A DNA stretch of 64,000 nucleotides from Octopus sinensis (taxonomy: Eukaryota), in contig NC_042997.1 of NCBI RefSeq assembly GCF_006345805.1, positions 3,286,001 to 3,350,000 on the forward strand. Reading direction: 5' to 3'. The position numbers and the translations under genes are program-made. A model generated the notes under the pieces. It was not told where the DNA came from, ran no database searches, and saw only the letters and a list, made by a program, of their open reading frames with translations. Below are positions 51,020-63,789 of the stretch, one piece after another (positions within the stretch are counted from its first letter, which is position 1; each line of letters opens with the position of its first letter).

Positions 51020-51839
51020 TGTCACACACATATATACACACACACACACACACACAACAACACACACACACACACACACATAGTAAACAAACACACACCA
51101 CATACAAACAACACACACACACACACAGAACACACACACCCACACACAACGCACCCACATATATCACATATACACACAGCACACAAATATAATATGTATC
51201 TATATATAACATACACAGATATATAACACACATACACACACAACACACACACACACACACACACACACAACACACGCACACATACATACATAATATAAAT
51301 ATCACACAAATACACCTAGCATATATATACACACATACAATATACACATACAGCATGTAAGCAATATACATACACAATATATGCATGCAATATACATACG
51401 CAGTACATACATATATATATATATATAGACAATGCATATACATATATACACATATACATATAAATAGTGTTTACATACACATACATAGATGTACCACATA
51501 TACCCACAATACACATACATACAACGCAACACATACACGTACGCATACATATAATGTATATACACACACACACACACATAACATACATACACAATGTATA
51601 CATATATATACACGCAATGCACATACCTGTATTCACGCATATATAGCACACCTACAATATACATATACACTGCACACATACACACACATATATACACTTA
51701 ATTGTACACATACATATACAATACACATACATACAATATACATATACACAATGCGCATGCAAATAATGTACATGTTTATACACACATAAACAAGCAAATA
51801 AATATACACACACACACATACACACATACACATATATAT

Positions 51840-51874
<35 letters not shown>

Positions 51875-52127
51875 AAAACAAATACACATGTAAATATATA
51901 CATACGTACATAATGCTCACACACACACACATACACACACACCCGTACACAGTGCACACACACACACATATATACACACGTGCACACACACATACACACA
52001 ACGTGCGCGCACGCACACACATACACACACACGCACACAGTGCACACACACACGCACACAGTGCACACACACACACATATATATATATACACCCGCGCAC
52101 TCACACACACACACAACGTGCACACAC

Positions 52128-52165
<38 letters not shown>

Positions 52166-52330
52166 CACTCACACACATACATCACCTACATATATATAAT
52201 GCATGCGTGTGCATGCCACGTATGTGTGTGGTCAATGCCCGCTAGTGTGTCCTATGCGTGCCGATGCGCGCATGTGCCCGCCCGCACGATATGCTGTGAG
52301 CGTGCGCGCGTCCCTGTGTGTTTGCTCTGG
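51020..52330. repeat. 1.3-kb CA/TA-rich compound microsatellite
   Basis: Directly visible; lies between the Penelope A ORF end and its 3' pLTR. Confidence 0.95.
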
Positions 52331-53262
52331 ATGTGTTTCCAGGGGGTATGTTAGAGTATGTTTAGTTGTCGTCTGTATTTTTGAATAAGATTACTTTCCT
52401 TATTTATTCGTGTTTGGTCTGTGGTGTTGTCCGAGCATTGGTATAGTGGGAAGACTAAGAATTGGGGGGACTTATTGTGTGCACAAAGGTCTCTAGTGTC
52501 CACTTAGTGGTATCTGTCTTGTGGAGGGGTCCCTCAGTTGTTGTCGGTGAACTGTCATTCTGTCTCTGAGGGTAAGGCTCGTTTGCCCTATGTAATCTTC
52601 ATGGCATCCTTCACACTTATGACGTAGAGTAAATTTTTTGATGCGCACGTGAATTATTTTTTATGATAAATGTGTGTCCCGAGTGGAACTTGTACGATGA
52701 TCCCTCAATGAGGTGGATGCAGGTCTTGCAGTTGGGCGCGACCACATTTTATGATGGTGGGCGGTGGGTTGTGTTTGTGTAATTTTGCGTTGGTGAGGAG
52801 GTTTTTTAGGGATTTAGGTTGTCTCTTACTTTTTATTATTTTATGAGCTGCCAGTATTTTTTCAGGCGTGGTCTTGATTTAGTTGTGGAATGTGTTGTGT
52901 ATATATAATAGTGTAAGCTTCTGAATTCCTTGGGTTGTGTGTTGAGAGATAAGGGAGGCTATTGACTGTACTGTGGATGTGTTTGGGTTTTCGAAGGTCT
53001 TGAATGTTGATTGATTTGGCCCGTTCTATTCCGTTGTCTACTAGTGATGCGGGTAATGTCTTTCGAGAAGAATTGCCCTTAGTTCCCGGAGTCTTCTATT
53101 TCGTGTTGTGTCATTTGAGACAATAGTGCAGATTCTTCTCGCTAGGTTGAAGGGGATATTTGTCTTTGTGTGTTTTGGTGATTGGAGGTGAATAGAAGGT
53201 ATTGTTTAGAGTCAGTGGTTTGTAATGGATGTCAGTTTCAATGTTGACGCCTTTTTTAATGA

Positions 53263-54405
53263 TTAGGATGTCCAGAAAAGGGAGTTGGTCCTGACTATAT
53301 TCCATTGTGAATTGAATGTTGTTTTTACACTGTTGATAAGGTTTTTGAAGTCTATAAGTTGGTCGAGTGTGTGGGACCATAGGATGAGGCAATCATCTAA
53401 GTAGCGTTTCCAGTTCTCCAACAGGTATTTGTGGAAAGACTGGCCGTACTTATATTTGGATTTTTCATAGATATGTGATTCCAGGTAGGCCATCACCAGG
53501 TTTGCATAGGTAGGTGCAACTTTCGTACCCATTGCAGTACCTGAGACCTGTCTGTAAGTGTTGTTGTGGAAATACATGAAGTTGTTTTGCAGAATAAATT
53601 TGAGGCCCTCAATTATGAATTCTTTTTTAATTCTTTCCGGGATCTCATTGGGATATTTATCCAGCCAGAATTTAATGGCTTCCAGTCCAAATTCATGTGG
53701 GATTGTGGTGTAAAGATTAATAACATCAAAAGAAACGATTAAGGTGTCTTTATCGGCATGTTTGGGGAGATGGTTTAATAGGTCCAGGTCATCTCTTACA
53801 ATACTTGGAATGTGTTTCAGTATTGGCTTTAAGATGATATCTATAAAGTTGCTAAGTCTGTGTGTTTCACAACTTGGGCCTGCCACTATTGGTCTCAGTT
53901 TGAGATCAGTGGGATGTGGTATAGTGATGCAGGTTGAAGTGGACTTTTTGCAAGCTTCTGTGATAATTTGACTCTTGTGTATTTTTGGAAGCCCATAGAG
54001 TGTGCTGGTTTTGCAATTAAATTTAGTAATGTAGTCGCATTCCTTTGCTGTCAAGTCATTCCGGTGTTGGTAAATGAGTGCCTTCAGATTGGTCATTGTT
54101 TTGGATTGCTGGTAGTCGACTACTCTTTCGTAGTATGTGGTATCCTCTAAAAGGAGAGATACAGAGTTTTTATATTGCTCAGTATTCATAACAACGACCG
54201 TACTACCCTTATCAGCTTCCTTTATTGTGACGTCATGATTGTCTCGTAGCGTATGGATGATTTCCCATTCTCTTTTACTGGTGTTGGGTTTCAGTTTAGG
54301 TTGTGGGAGTTCACCATAAGGGAAGTTGGAGATGTAATCGCAAAATTTGTCTAAGGTTTTGTTTTTGCCTTTTATGGGATTATAGTTGCTTTTGTTACAG
54401 ACCAT
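53263..54405 (-). pseudogene. Longest open segment of Penelope A reverse transcriptase (380 aa)
   Basis: IKEADKGSTVVVM, LYGLPKIHK, LRPIV, motifs A, B and C; frameshifts lie on both sides. Confidence 0.9.
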
Positions 54406-56024
54406 TGAATCGTCGATATTATTAGTTTTCCTGTCAAAAAATTCCTCTGTGAGGCGTAATTTTCTGCAGAAGTGCGAGATGTCATCCTGTATTTCCTCAG
54501 GTTAGGGTATTGCGGAGTTGGGGTGAATTTTAGTCCTCTTGAAGGATTTTTATTTGTGGTGTCGACAGGTTTAGGTTAGAAAGATTCACTATTTTGGTTT
54601 TCGGGGTTGGTATCTACCATCTGGTGTCGTGGAAACTGATGCCCTTGCCTAAAAAAGGAATCCTGGGGGTTCTTCTATTTGTGGTATTTTGCTTGTATGT
54701 GATTCTGTCCCCCGTTGAAATGTCTGTTGAAGAGGTTTTGGTTGTTGTGATTCTGTCCCCCGTTGCTATGTTGTCTGTTGAGGAGGTTTTGGTTGTTCCA
54801 GGGTCTGGTTGTTGGTGTGGCCTCCTGGAAAAGTTTTGGTTATTCCAGGGTTTGGGTGTTTGTCCTGGGTGTAATGTTGGTTCCTTAGAGTGGGTTGGAA
54901 ACTATATTCATGGTTTAGAAGTGAATCCCTATATGTTGGGGGAGAACTCTGAGTTAGGAGCGGTTTGGGTTGGAATCTACAATCATAGTTCAGAGATGGG
55001 TTTCTAAGTGATGGGTAGGATCTCGGAATCTGGAACGGTTCTTGTGTGGGTTGGGGTCTACGTTGTCTGGTAAAGTTTTGTCGTGTGATGATGGGTGTCT
55101 CGGTTCTTTTGATGGGATGTGGTGCTGTCTGTAAGTTCTGTTGTTGTTGTTGTCGATGTTAGGGGTGGTGGGTGTTTCGGTGTTTTTTGTGGTTGGTTTT
55201 CTTTGTTTTTGGCGAGGGGTGTGAGTTGAAGTAGATATTTTAAAATATGGGTTGCTAGAAAGGTGTTCCTTTGTGAACTCTTTTCATAATTGGTGAACCA
55301 GCTGTTTTTTTCCATTCGTTGGAGGGATGTTATTTCTTCATCCTCGCAGTTTTTTCTCCAGAGTTTGGTGGTTTCATCAAGGAGTGCTCCTTCACAGTGT
55401 TTTGAGATTTCAATCTGCATTTCATTGTCAAGGGTCTTGGATTTTTCTTCACTGGCGTTGGCTCTGAGCCGCAAGAGTTCTACTTCCGTCTTGAATTTTT
55501 CAAAAGCTAGTTTCTCCTGAGGTTTTTTTGGTTTTCTGGTTCATTTTCGATGGGTTTTATTTGTAGTTTTCTGGGTAGGATGATAGGGGTGGAGTTGAGC
55601 CACTTTTCAATAAATGTCAGCTTTGTTGTTATTTTTTATGAAATTCCAGAAGGCAAACTTACGCGCTTTGAGATTTTTACTCCAGGTGTTGTTAAGAGAG
55701 CTTTTAATTGAGAAGCAGTCTTTAGTTTGCTCCTGCTTTGGGAGCACTGCCGTCTCTGTGGATTTCATTAGGTTTTGCAGTGTTGGGATGATGTCAGGGA
55801 TTTGATTGGTTGTTTTGGCCTCCATGAGTCCATTTAGGTATAAGTGCGATTGTTCGACATTGTTTATTATGGTTGAAAGTTTCGAGGAGATTTCTTGTAA
55901 TTCTTTTAGGATATTTTGGTTCATTAAAGATTCTGCTTGTTGTGATTTAGGTGGCATTTTCGGGACTCGTGTGATGTTTATATATATATAAAAAAGTTGA
56001 GTTGTGGGGTATCGCACGAGTGGG

Positions 56025-56185
56025 ATTATATAAGAAAAAAGGTTTGAAAATGCAATTTAAACGATGTTTATTTACTTAACCGGTTTCACTCTTTGGTAAA
56101 AGATTGTCAAAAGTTACATTTAAGGAACATTGAATAATATGGGTTCAAAAAAAGTTTTTTACATAATTGTCACATTGAGTATTAT
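56025..56185 (-). repeat. 5' pseudo-LTR of Penelope A
   Basis: Direct repeat of 50272-50432, lying ~70 bp upstream of the ORF ATG. Confidence 0.9.
56074..56114 (-). ncRNA. Hammerhead-like motif (U3-A8 core) in the 5' pLTR; second copy at 50320-50360
   Basis: ACUU UUGACAA UCUUU uacc AAAGA gu GAAA CCGG UU^AAGU. It has a 4-bp stem I and an ACCGGU palindrome, but 2 extra nt before GAAA. The 3' copy has ACCGUU. Confidence 0.55.
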
Positions 56186-56253
56186 ATATATATATGTTTG
56201 TATGTATGAATGTATTTATGTATATTATATGCATATATATGTATATATATATG

Positions 56254-56284
<31 letters not shown>

Positions 56285-58699
56285 ATGTCTATGAAACACA
56301 TACAGCGAAGCATTATCAAAGATAATCTTCACCAAAAAAATGTTTTAAATGTAATTAATGATTCCAACAATGCACCAGAATGACAACAGCAATTTGGCTG
56401 AAACGCATAAAATAAAAAAAATGTGTGTAAAACTATATAGAAGCTACATATTTTTCTCTAAGCGTTATTGTCAGAAGCTGTCAGGGTTTTCCGCGCATTG
56501 TAGAAAACATAAGATAGAACAGATACTATTAATTCTTGTTCTGTTTTATATTTGACGGCTATTCTCTTAATGTTACCGATCAAATCCTTTTAAAATTTCT
56601 TTTGGCTTTATCAGCAGTACCATACTTGATCTTATCATCCTGAAAATCAATCTCTAATCATAATTACGTATTTACAATAACAATAGTTCTCATATACAGC
56701 GGTTTATATATTTTAAAGATAAATACAACTTCAATTAGAAATTCTAAATGGAAGTTGATGCAAAACGGTAACTAATCTACGATATTGAAGCCATACTTTT
56801 AATGATTCTCAGATATGTAGTATCTATTGCATTTAGCATTTATCAGAAATATGATATTGTGATTATGCTACGTAAAAAGAAATCAAATGTTTATTTTATG
56901 AGTCATGAAGCAAAATGCTTTGCTGTTCGACATAGAAACGTTGATGGAATAACCAAACCATCGGAAATATATACTTGCAATAAATTGCAAGGAACACTCA
57001 CATTATTTGTAGGGAAATATGTAGTTGTGAGGGATTGTTATTGCTACGTAATTCCTTAGGGACTTCCTGATACTGTGAGGAATACTATAGCTTTTTAAAA
57101 AATTTCTAGTTTCTTATTTATGCGTGGGACCTTATAGCGTATCATAATTCCAGATTGGCAATCTGCAACTAGATAAAATTTTATACGTAGCGAATCGAAA
57201 TACTTGAGTATATTTGAAAATTAACAGGTAACACTAATTTTTTATTCACAAAAGAATAGCATTAACTAAAATGTATTCAGAATGCGCTTATTAGAAGGAC
57301 TACTGGAGTGTTACAACAATAATTAAATTACAGCAGGCGCAGTTCAAGAGGAAAATAAAATATACATGATTTGAATACAACATCACACAATACAAGGAAA
57401 ATCACTAAGTTATCAATCCTATTTACTATAGAATATATTTATTGAAACTCTTGCAGGAACATGTCACTTCTCTTCATACACTTTTATGAAAACCCCATAA
57501 ACACCTACTTCCAACAAAACATATGTACACACACATCCACCCCCACACACTAAAGCGAGCAAATGTATGAAGAACTACCTTAATCACCATAATCCATTTT
57601 CAAAGTAGTGTCTTTCTGTTTCAATGAAGTTATAAGGCATAAAAATCGTTTATTGTGCCAAAGTAAACAACGATGTGACTTCGTTTTCGTAAATATCTGA
57701 TATTCATTAAAAACGTGGAGAACACACACAAAAAACAAAACAAAAAAAACAAAACAAAAAGACTCAATAATTAAAATCAGCAACGCGCTCCCATATTTAA
57801 TCACATGTTTAATGTGTAGCAATTTTGCTTATAAATATAAATATCTTAAATAATTTAAATGGTTTTTTGAATATGTTTGACTGATTAAATTATTTACATA
57901 ATTTTTAAATGCATTCCAATAATTAAATATATGAAAATTTTTAACTATATTTCAATATTAACTTTTGCACAAACATTGTCGTTTACGTAATTCAGAACCA
58001 TATTGAATTTGCTTTAGCAATCTTTAAATAAGTTATCGACATTCAAAATTAATCACATGGAGACATTTGGCTTTCAAATAACTAAACGGCTTTAAACGCA
58101 CATTTTCAAACAGAAAAATAAAGAACTGAATCAAATTTTCTTTCCAGTTGCATAGTAAAATTTAACAGTATGTTATTACGTATCATAAGAGACAGAATCT
58201 AGTGTTATTTAAGTCGCCGACCTGGTTCATTCGCTAGAGCGTCTGAAAAATATAATTCGTTAGTTTTCTGGTTCTTTAAGTAGCGAATTAATATCAAACA
58301 AGTCAAATTTGCCTCACATCTTTTCTGGATCGATAAAATAAAACGTCTGTCAAGAACAGAGGTTGACAGTAATGAGTAATCCGTTTCCATCAAAACTGGT
58401 GGTTTTGTGACTAAATCGGAATCGATCTTTTTATATTTTAACATCCATTAATGAAATAAGAATGTCTTTTATATCATGAATATATCCTTAATTATCTATA
58501 ATCAGAAATAGCATCCTATACTGTACTTAAGCTACCAGTTAAGTGCTTGTAACTTTATTTCTATATTTTCTTTCTCCTAATCACTAGAATCATGATTTAT
58601 AATTTCTCGGAATTCATTTGTATTACAAATAGTGTGGTTTCTTTCGCACAAATATTTCTTCACACACAGACACACAGATATATGCATGTATATAAGAGA

Positions 58700-59040
58700 G
58701 TATTTAATTTGACAGATCGGTGACAGTTCTTTTGAACTTATTTTGAAAAACCAAGTATTTCTAGGAGTTTGTGTCAATTTGTAGGTACATAACCCAATGC
58801 AAATATGATAATCGGTACAAATAAGAACTGTAAGTTGTGTATTAATTTACTATCAACATTCTCTTTTTCCTGAACTTCCGTTGGTATATTCACATCTACT
58901 GGACAGCTGAGCTCTACAACATTGCATGATTTTGTTCTCTGCCCCACTGAAAGCTATCAGTTCTGTAATGTTTGCACTGAATCACTGTTTGTATTGGTGT
59001 GTTCCACTAGTATTCCTCGTTTCCTACTATTTTTCAATTC
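58700..59040 (-). mobile_element. REL-endonuclease LINE 3' fragment (R4/NeSL-like)
   Basis: EEYWWNTPIQT, CNVVELSCPVDVNI...EKEN and FVPIIIFALGYVP...LLEILGFSK. Confidence 0.6.
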
Positions 59041-59309
59041 GTATCAAACCTTCCTCCTCACATCAGTATACATTCGTTGACACTACCCCAAACGCTTTGG
59101 TCGATTTTTCCCCCTTTTCTTTCTGGATGTATCTATAAGCAGTTCCAATATCTATAAGTTTTTTATCCGCCCCAAAAATGTTCTCCTTGTAACTACCTTT
59201 CTGTTTCAGCAGCCCTTCCCCCGCTGTCGCCCTACCTCTCCCCACTTCCTTCATGGCCGCTTCGTTTTATTTCCTTAGCCTCAGCCATACCTGATTTATA
59301 CTGGCTCTC

Positions 59310-59623
59310 AGTCGGTTACGGTGAAGAGTGTTCATGTTGATCCGATCAAAGGAACAACTTGCTTGGGAAATTAAAGTTCACGCTGCTTAGCACACTTGAG
59401 TCACGCGTTCCCTTAACGTAATTCCTAGAGCAATTCAGCGTGACACAGTATGTGACAAGGCTGGCCACTTAAATTTACAGGTACAACTTATTTTTACCAG
59501 CTGAATGGGCTGGAGCTAACTGAAAAAAAAGTGCTAAAGGACAAAACGCCCGAGAAGATATCGAACTCACGACCTTACAATCATGAACCGAATACCCCTA
59601 CTCACTAAGCACCATGTCTTCAC
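59310..59623 (-). mobile_element. tRNA-derived SINE (third family)
   Basis: Minus-strand head gtgaagacatggtgcttagtgagtagggg...gtcgtgagttcgata has A/B-box-like motifs. Confidence 0.8.
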
Positions 59624-59656
59624 TATTCTTTATAAACATCTGATGTATAAACATAA

Positions 59657-59886
59657 GGCGGCGAGCTGGCAGAAACGTTAGCACGCGGGCGAAATGCGTA
59701 GCCGTATTTCGTCTGTCGTTACCTTCCGAGTTCAAATTCTGCCGAGGTCGACTTTGCCTTTCATCCTTTCGGGGTCGATAAATGAAGTACCAGTTACGCA
59801 CTGGGGTCGATGTAATCGACTTAATCAGTTTGTCTGTCCTTGTTTGTTCCCTCTGTGTTTAGCCCTTTGTGGATAATAAAGAAATA
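59657..59886 (+). mobile_element. Full-length tRNA-derived SINE, tail type 2
   Basis: ggcggcgagctggcagaaacgttag...gagttcaaattct...tcatcctttcggggtcgataaa...aataaagaaat; matches 7685-7918. Confidence 0.92.
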
Positions 59887-60270
59887 TATATAAACATTTT
59901 TATAACAACATAACGTTCAAACTCGCTTACCTTCACAATACAACCTACCTCACGTCGTTTTCCTCGTCTGTTGACAGAACGCTTTTACTTCTTTTTCATC
60001 CAATGTTGACTCACTTCACGTCCCTTTCAATACTTTGCTTCTTTTATCTCTTCTTGCACTTCCTCTGCTTCAACACTCCATTTCCCACATACCACGTGAA
60101 CTCCATTCTTCCTCTACCGCCTGCCCTCCCTTTTCCCTTCGTTTATTCACTCTCCTACTCTCCCATTGTATACTTCAATTCTCTAGTCCCAATATGTGAA
60201 TGTCTATATGCCAAACCAACCCTAACGAAGGAAACTGGTGTTACGGTAATATTTACATGCATTCATCTAT

Positions 60271-60683
60271 TCTCTTTTACTCGTCTACTCTTTTACTTGT
60301 TTCAGTCATTTGATTGTGGCCATGCTGGAGCAACGCCTTTAGTCGAGCAAATCTACCCCAGGACTTATTCATTGTAAGCCTAGTACTTATTCTATCGGTC
60401 TATTTTGCCGAACCGCTAGATGACGGGGACGTAAACACACCAGCATCAGTTGTCAAGCGATATTGGGGGGAGGGACAAACACAGACACACAAACATATAC
60501 ACACACATACATATATATACATATACATATATACGAGAGGTTTCTTTCAGTTTCCATCTACTAAATCCACTCACAAGGCTTTGTTCGGCCCGAGGCTATA
60601 GTAGATCGTGCCACGCAGTGGTACTGAACTCGGAACCATGTGGTTCGTAAGCCAGCTACTTATCACACAGCCACTGCTACGCC
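60271..60683 (-). mobile_element. Full-length tRNA-derived SINE with internal (CA/TA)n
   Basis: Minus-strand head ggcgtagcagtggctgtgtgataagtagc...ggttccgagttcagtacc; aligns with 29559-29964 and 3655-3857. Confidence 0.9.
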
Positions 60684-61021
60684 TATGGATAACAGATCCA
60701 TGACATTTTGCGGTCCAACTGCTAATTTTGAACATTAGAATTATAGCTTAATCTCGAGCTCCTAGGAATAGCTGTCGGACATAAAATACCATGCACTTAG
60801 TTTTCTGTTTTGGATTTTTTTTTTAACTGCATGTGAATTTATTTTGTCAACATATAATTATTTCACATATGAATATACGCGAATTATCATCTTCTGAATA
60901 TCTACCTTTTAGCTTCTCTCAAAATATACCGGTAAATCTATCTATCTATCAATCTATCTATAAATATATATGTGTGTGTGTGTGTGTGTGAGTGTGTGTG
61001 TCTGTAATTGTATAGATATGC

Positions 61022-61091
<70 letters not shown>

Positions 61092-61290
61092 GACTACATG
61101 TATATATACATACCAACATATGAAAACAGTAAAGGGGGAAAAATTGGGGTATTCTTTATTCACCATTACACGTGTTTCAATTGCAAACAGAAATGAAAGT
61201 TTTTTACATACGACATATTAGATTGTAACAATGGCATAAGTAAATATCATTCAATAGGATCTAGAGATTGCTTTCACACCACTATCTACA

Positions 61291-61326
<36 letters not shown>

Positions 61327-61797
61327 TAATATAAATTTGTAGGTCAACTGATATCATATCTTTTAACCTATCGCTTTACGTATTTGGCTAAGCATAAATC
61401 CATTTGTTCTGTATCTTACCTATCGGATGATATGTTTGTCAACGTCTATGTTTATTGAGATGGTTTTACAATTTCATTTTGACTTGTCTTTCTATTTGCA
61501 CTCATATATCATATTCTCACTCACTTTTGATACGTATATATCTAACTTACAGTGGTACAGATATATGCAACATTATATCACACATTATACCACTTTCTCA
61601 CACACACTGGTTTTCTGAATAAATCAATAAATTCATTCGTTCAGTCTATCGAGCTTGCGTTATACTACATGCACGTAACCATTCTCTGATACTAATTTGT
61701 TTATTCTTCCGCCAATCAGTATCTCTACAGCCTTATAGGTATAAGAACATATACACATTTAGAAACACTTATGTACGCAGAAACATATAGACATACA

Positions 61798-61798
61798 C

Positions 61799-61864
<66 letters not shown>

Positions 61865-61868
61865 GAGA
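61798..61868. repeat. (GATA)n microsatellite
   Basis: Directly visible. Confidence 0.95.
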
Positions 61869-62788
61869 TAGAAAAGTAGATACTGAGAGAAAAGCAAATG
61901 TGCACCCCCACACATGCCCAGGTGGTCTCATAAATAGTTACGCAAATATATATGTGTATGCTTATTTGTATATGTATGTATTTATATATGTATGTATATG
62001 TGTGAGTAAAGGAACACAGGAAGAAACAAGGAGAAAAAAAACCCAAATATATATATATATTCTTTTATTGATGTATTTCGGGACGGTCATTGTTTTGCCA
62101 AATAAACACACGCACTATGTTTATTTTTTCACTCGTTTATTACTGTTCTTATTTCATTATTTTAACTCATGTCTATTGTCCGAAAATCATTCGTTTCACA
62201 TCTGTGACGTCTTCAGCGACACTCTTCGTTTTCGTGTGTGTGTTTATGTCCATAAACATGAGTTAAAATAATAAAATAAGAACAGTAATAAACGAGTGAC
62301 GAAAAATAATATTGTGTGTGTTTATTTCACAAAAAAATGGAAGATTGTATGATTTTAATATATTAGGTCTCCGCTTCATTTTCTACTTCGAATACCCTAT
62401 GAAGATGAAGAACATTTTTTTCGTAATTCTTTTGTAGGCATTGACTGACATCGGAAGCGGAAACGGGTTGTTATGTCATTAAAATGTTATGTCATGATTT
62501 GTAGTAAATAATAAGCTACGTATGTGGTACAACTGATTTGTTTGTTGATGTAAAGTTTTGTCCATGTTCTGATTATTCTGATTATTCATTTTCTGATTCC
62601 TGTTAAATTAGTGTGTATTCTGTTGGTACCTGTACTCTACAAGCATAGTGGGCCTGCATACCCATACCCAAAGGTAACACAGATAGCTAGTACCGATAGT
62701 AAATACATATACTTTATTTCGCAGTCGGTTACTATAACCGCTAACTCTGCATACATTATATATATATATACATATATACATATATATA

Positions 62789-62826
<38 letters not shown>

Positions 62827-62839
62827 TATATATAATATA

Positions 62840-62908
<69 letters not shown>

Positions 62909-62910
<2 letters not shown>

Positions 62911-63426
62911 CGAGAGGAAGTAAAACAGTTATCTGCACTTTCGCTATAGCATTACTTTATTATTATCATCTCACTGCCTTCTGCACATGCATGCCTATAA
63001 ATGGAACTATTGTGGTTACGTGATAGATACTTGAGCCAGATCACAACAGTTTTCTGTCTGGTTTTACAATGTAAGCATGTCAGCTCCGCTAGTGAGTTGC
63101 ACTAAAGAATAACAAAGCGCAGTAATCCGAGAGGTGGTAATGGTGAACCGATTACCATCTGTCGAGTTTACTAAATCTTCACGTTACGTACCTAACACAG
63201 CTTCCGAGTACAGGTATTGGATCACTGCTCTTCGCTCTTCTTTTTGTGCACATTGAAAGTGGAGCGGCCATGCTTACGCTGTAAAGACAGAAAGAAAAAT
63301 GGCGCAATGAGGTTCAAACACGTGACCGCAAACGTACCAACTATAATCACTCACGCGCAGAAGACAGAGTCATAATAATAAAGATATGTTATGGCGAAAA
63401 TACCTTTAATTTTTGACCTCTCTCAT
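62909..63426 (-). mobile_element. Internally deleted mariner-type element
   Basis: Imperfect ~55-bp TIRs (tacgagaggaagtaaaacagttatctgcactttcgctatagcattactttattatt vs its inverse ending 63426). ATG at 63271 gives MAAPLSMCTK, resembling a mariner transposase start. Left flank is TA. Confidence 0.65.
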
Positions 63427-63475
63427 TTATATCAATCAACATAAAGGAGTTAATTTCGATAGATATTTTCAATCG

Positions 63476-63755
63476 CTACAATTGTTTCTACTCAACGAGG
63501 TTCTTCAGGTGTGCAGGAAATTCCTTATGCAACCGTTTCACTGCAGTATGAGAACTAGTTGTGCTTCCTCGGGTAATATGTAAATATTGTCACCGTGATG
63601 TCACTTTCTCGGGTTCAAATGCTTCTTTGAATTTGAACTTACTGAGAAAATAATTACATATCATCTAACGTTACAAAACTAGATCTCATAATGCAGGGAA
63701 ACGGTTGCATAAACATATGCGCCTGGAGACTTACGTAGCGTAGAAACAATTGTAG
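63476..63755. repeat. ~80-bp inverted repeat whose arms are degenerate hammerheads
   Basis: 63476-63560 is the inverse of 63677-63755. Plus arm: CUGGAGA cu UACG uag CGUA GAAA CAAUUG UA. Minus arm: CUGAAGA [13 nt] GAAA CAAUUG UA. Confidence 0.7.
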
Positions 63756-63789
63756 GGACGGAAAAGAAATGTTAAAACCAAAGCCTTAT

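Larger units (their letters stand above)
50272..56185 (-). mobile_element. Penelope-like element A (Neptune-like), ~5.9 kb, bounded by direct pLTRs
   Basis: Frameshifted ORF from ATG 55957 to ~52345 with RT (SFDVINLYTTIP, GTAMGTKVAPTYANL, RYLDD), KCGR-PNCKTC zinc motif and GIY-YIG (LLYVI.CEGCHEDYIGQT at ~52580-52630). 161-bp direct repeats at 56025-56185 and 50272-50432; (TA)n on both flanks. Confidence 0.88.

Noticed and set aside
60215-60245. CUAACGAAGGAAACUGG as a collapsed hammerhead
   Set aside because: Core mutated and stem II absent; cannot be supported without homologous copies.
62190-62220. Minus-strand CUGAAGA CGUC aca GAUG U GAAACG hammerhead candidate
   Set aside because: No NUH after GAAAC and no stem I partner; possibly a remnant but unsupported.
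62441-62475. CUGACAU CG gaag CG GAAAC GGGUU
   Set aside because: Positions 8 and 9 are wrong, the stem is 2 bp, and there is no stem I.
3993-62820. Dozens of ORFs rich in YI, CV, HT, L, I or N runs
   Set aside because: They are translations of (TA)n, (TG)n, (TATG)n and (AAT)n microsatellites, which lack stops in some frames.
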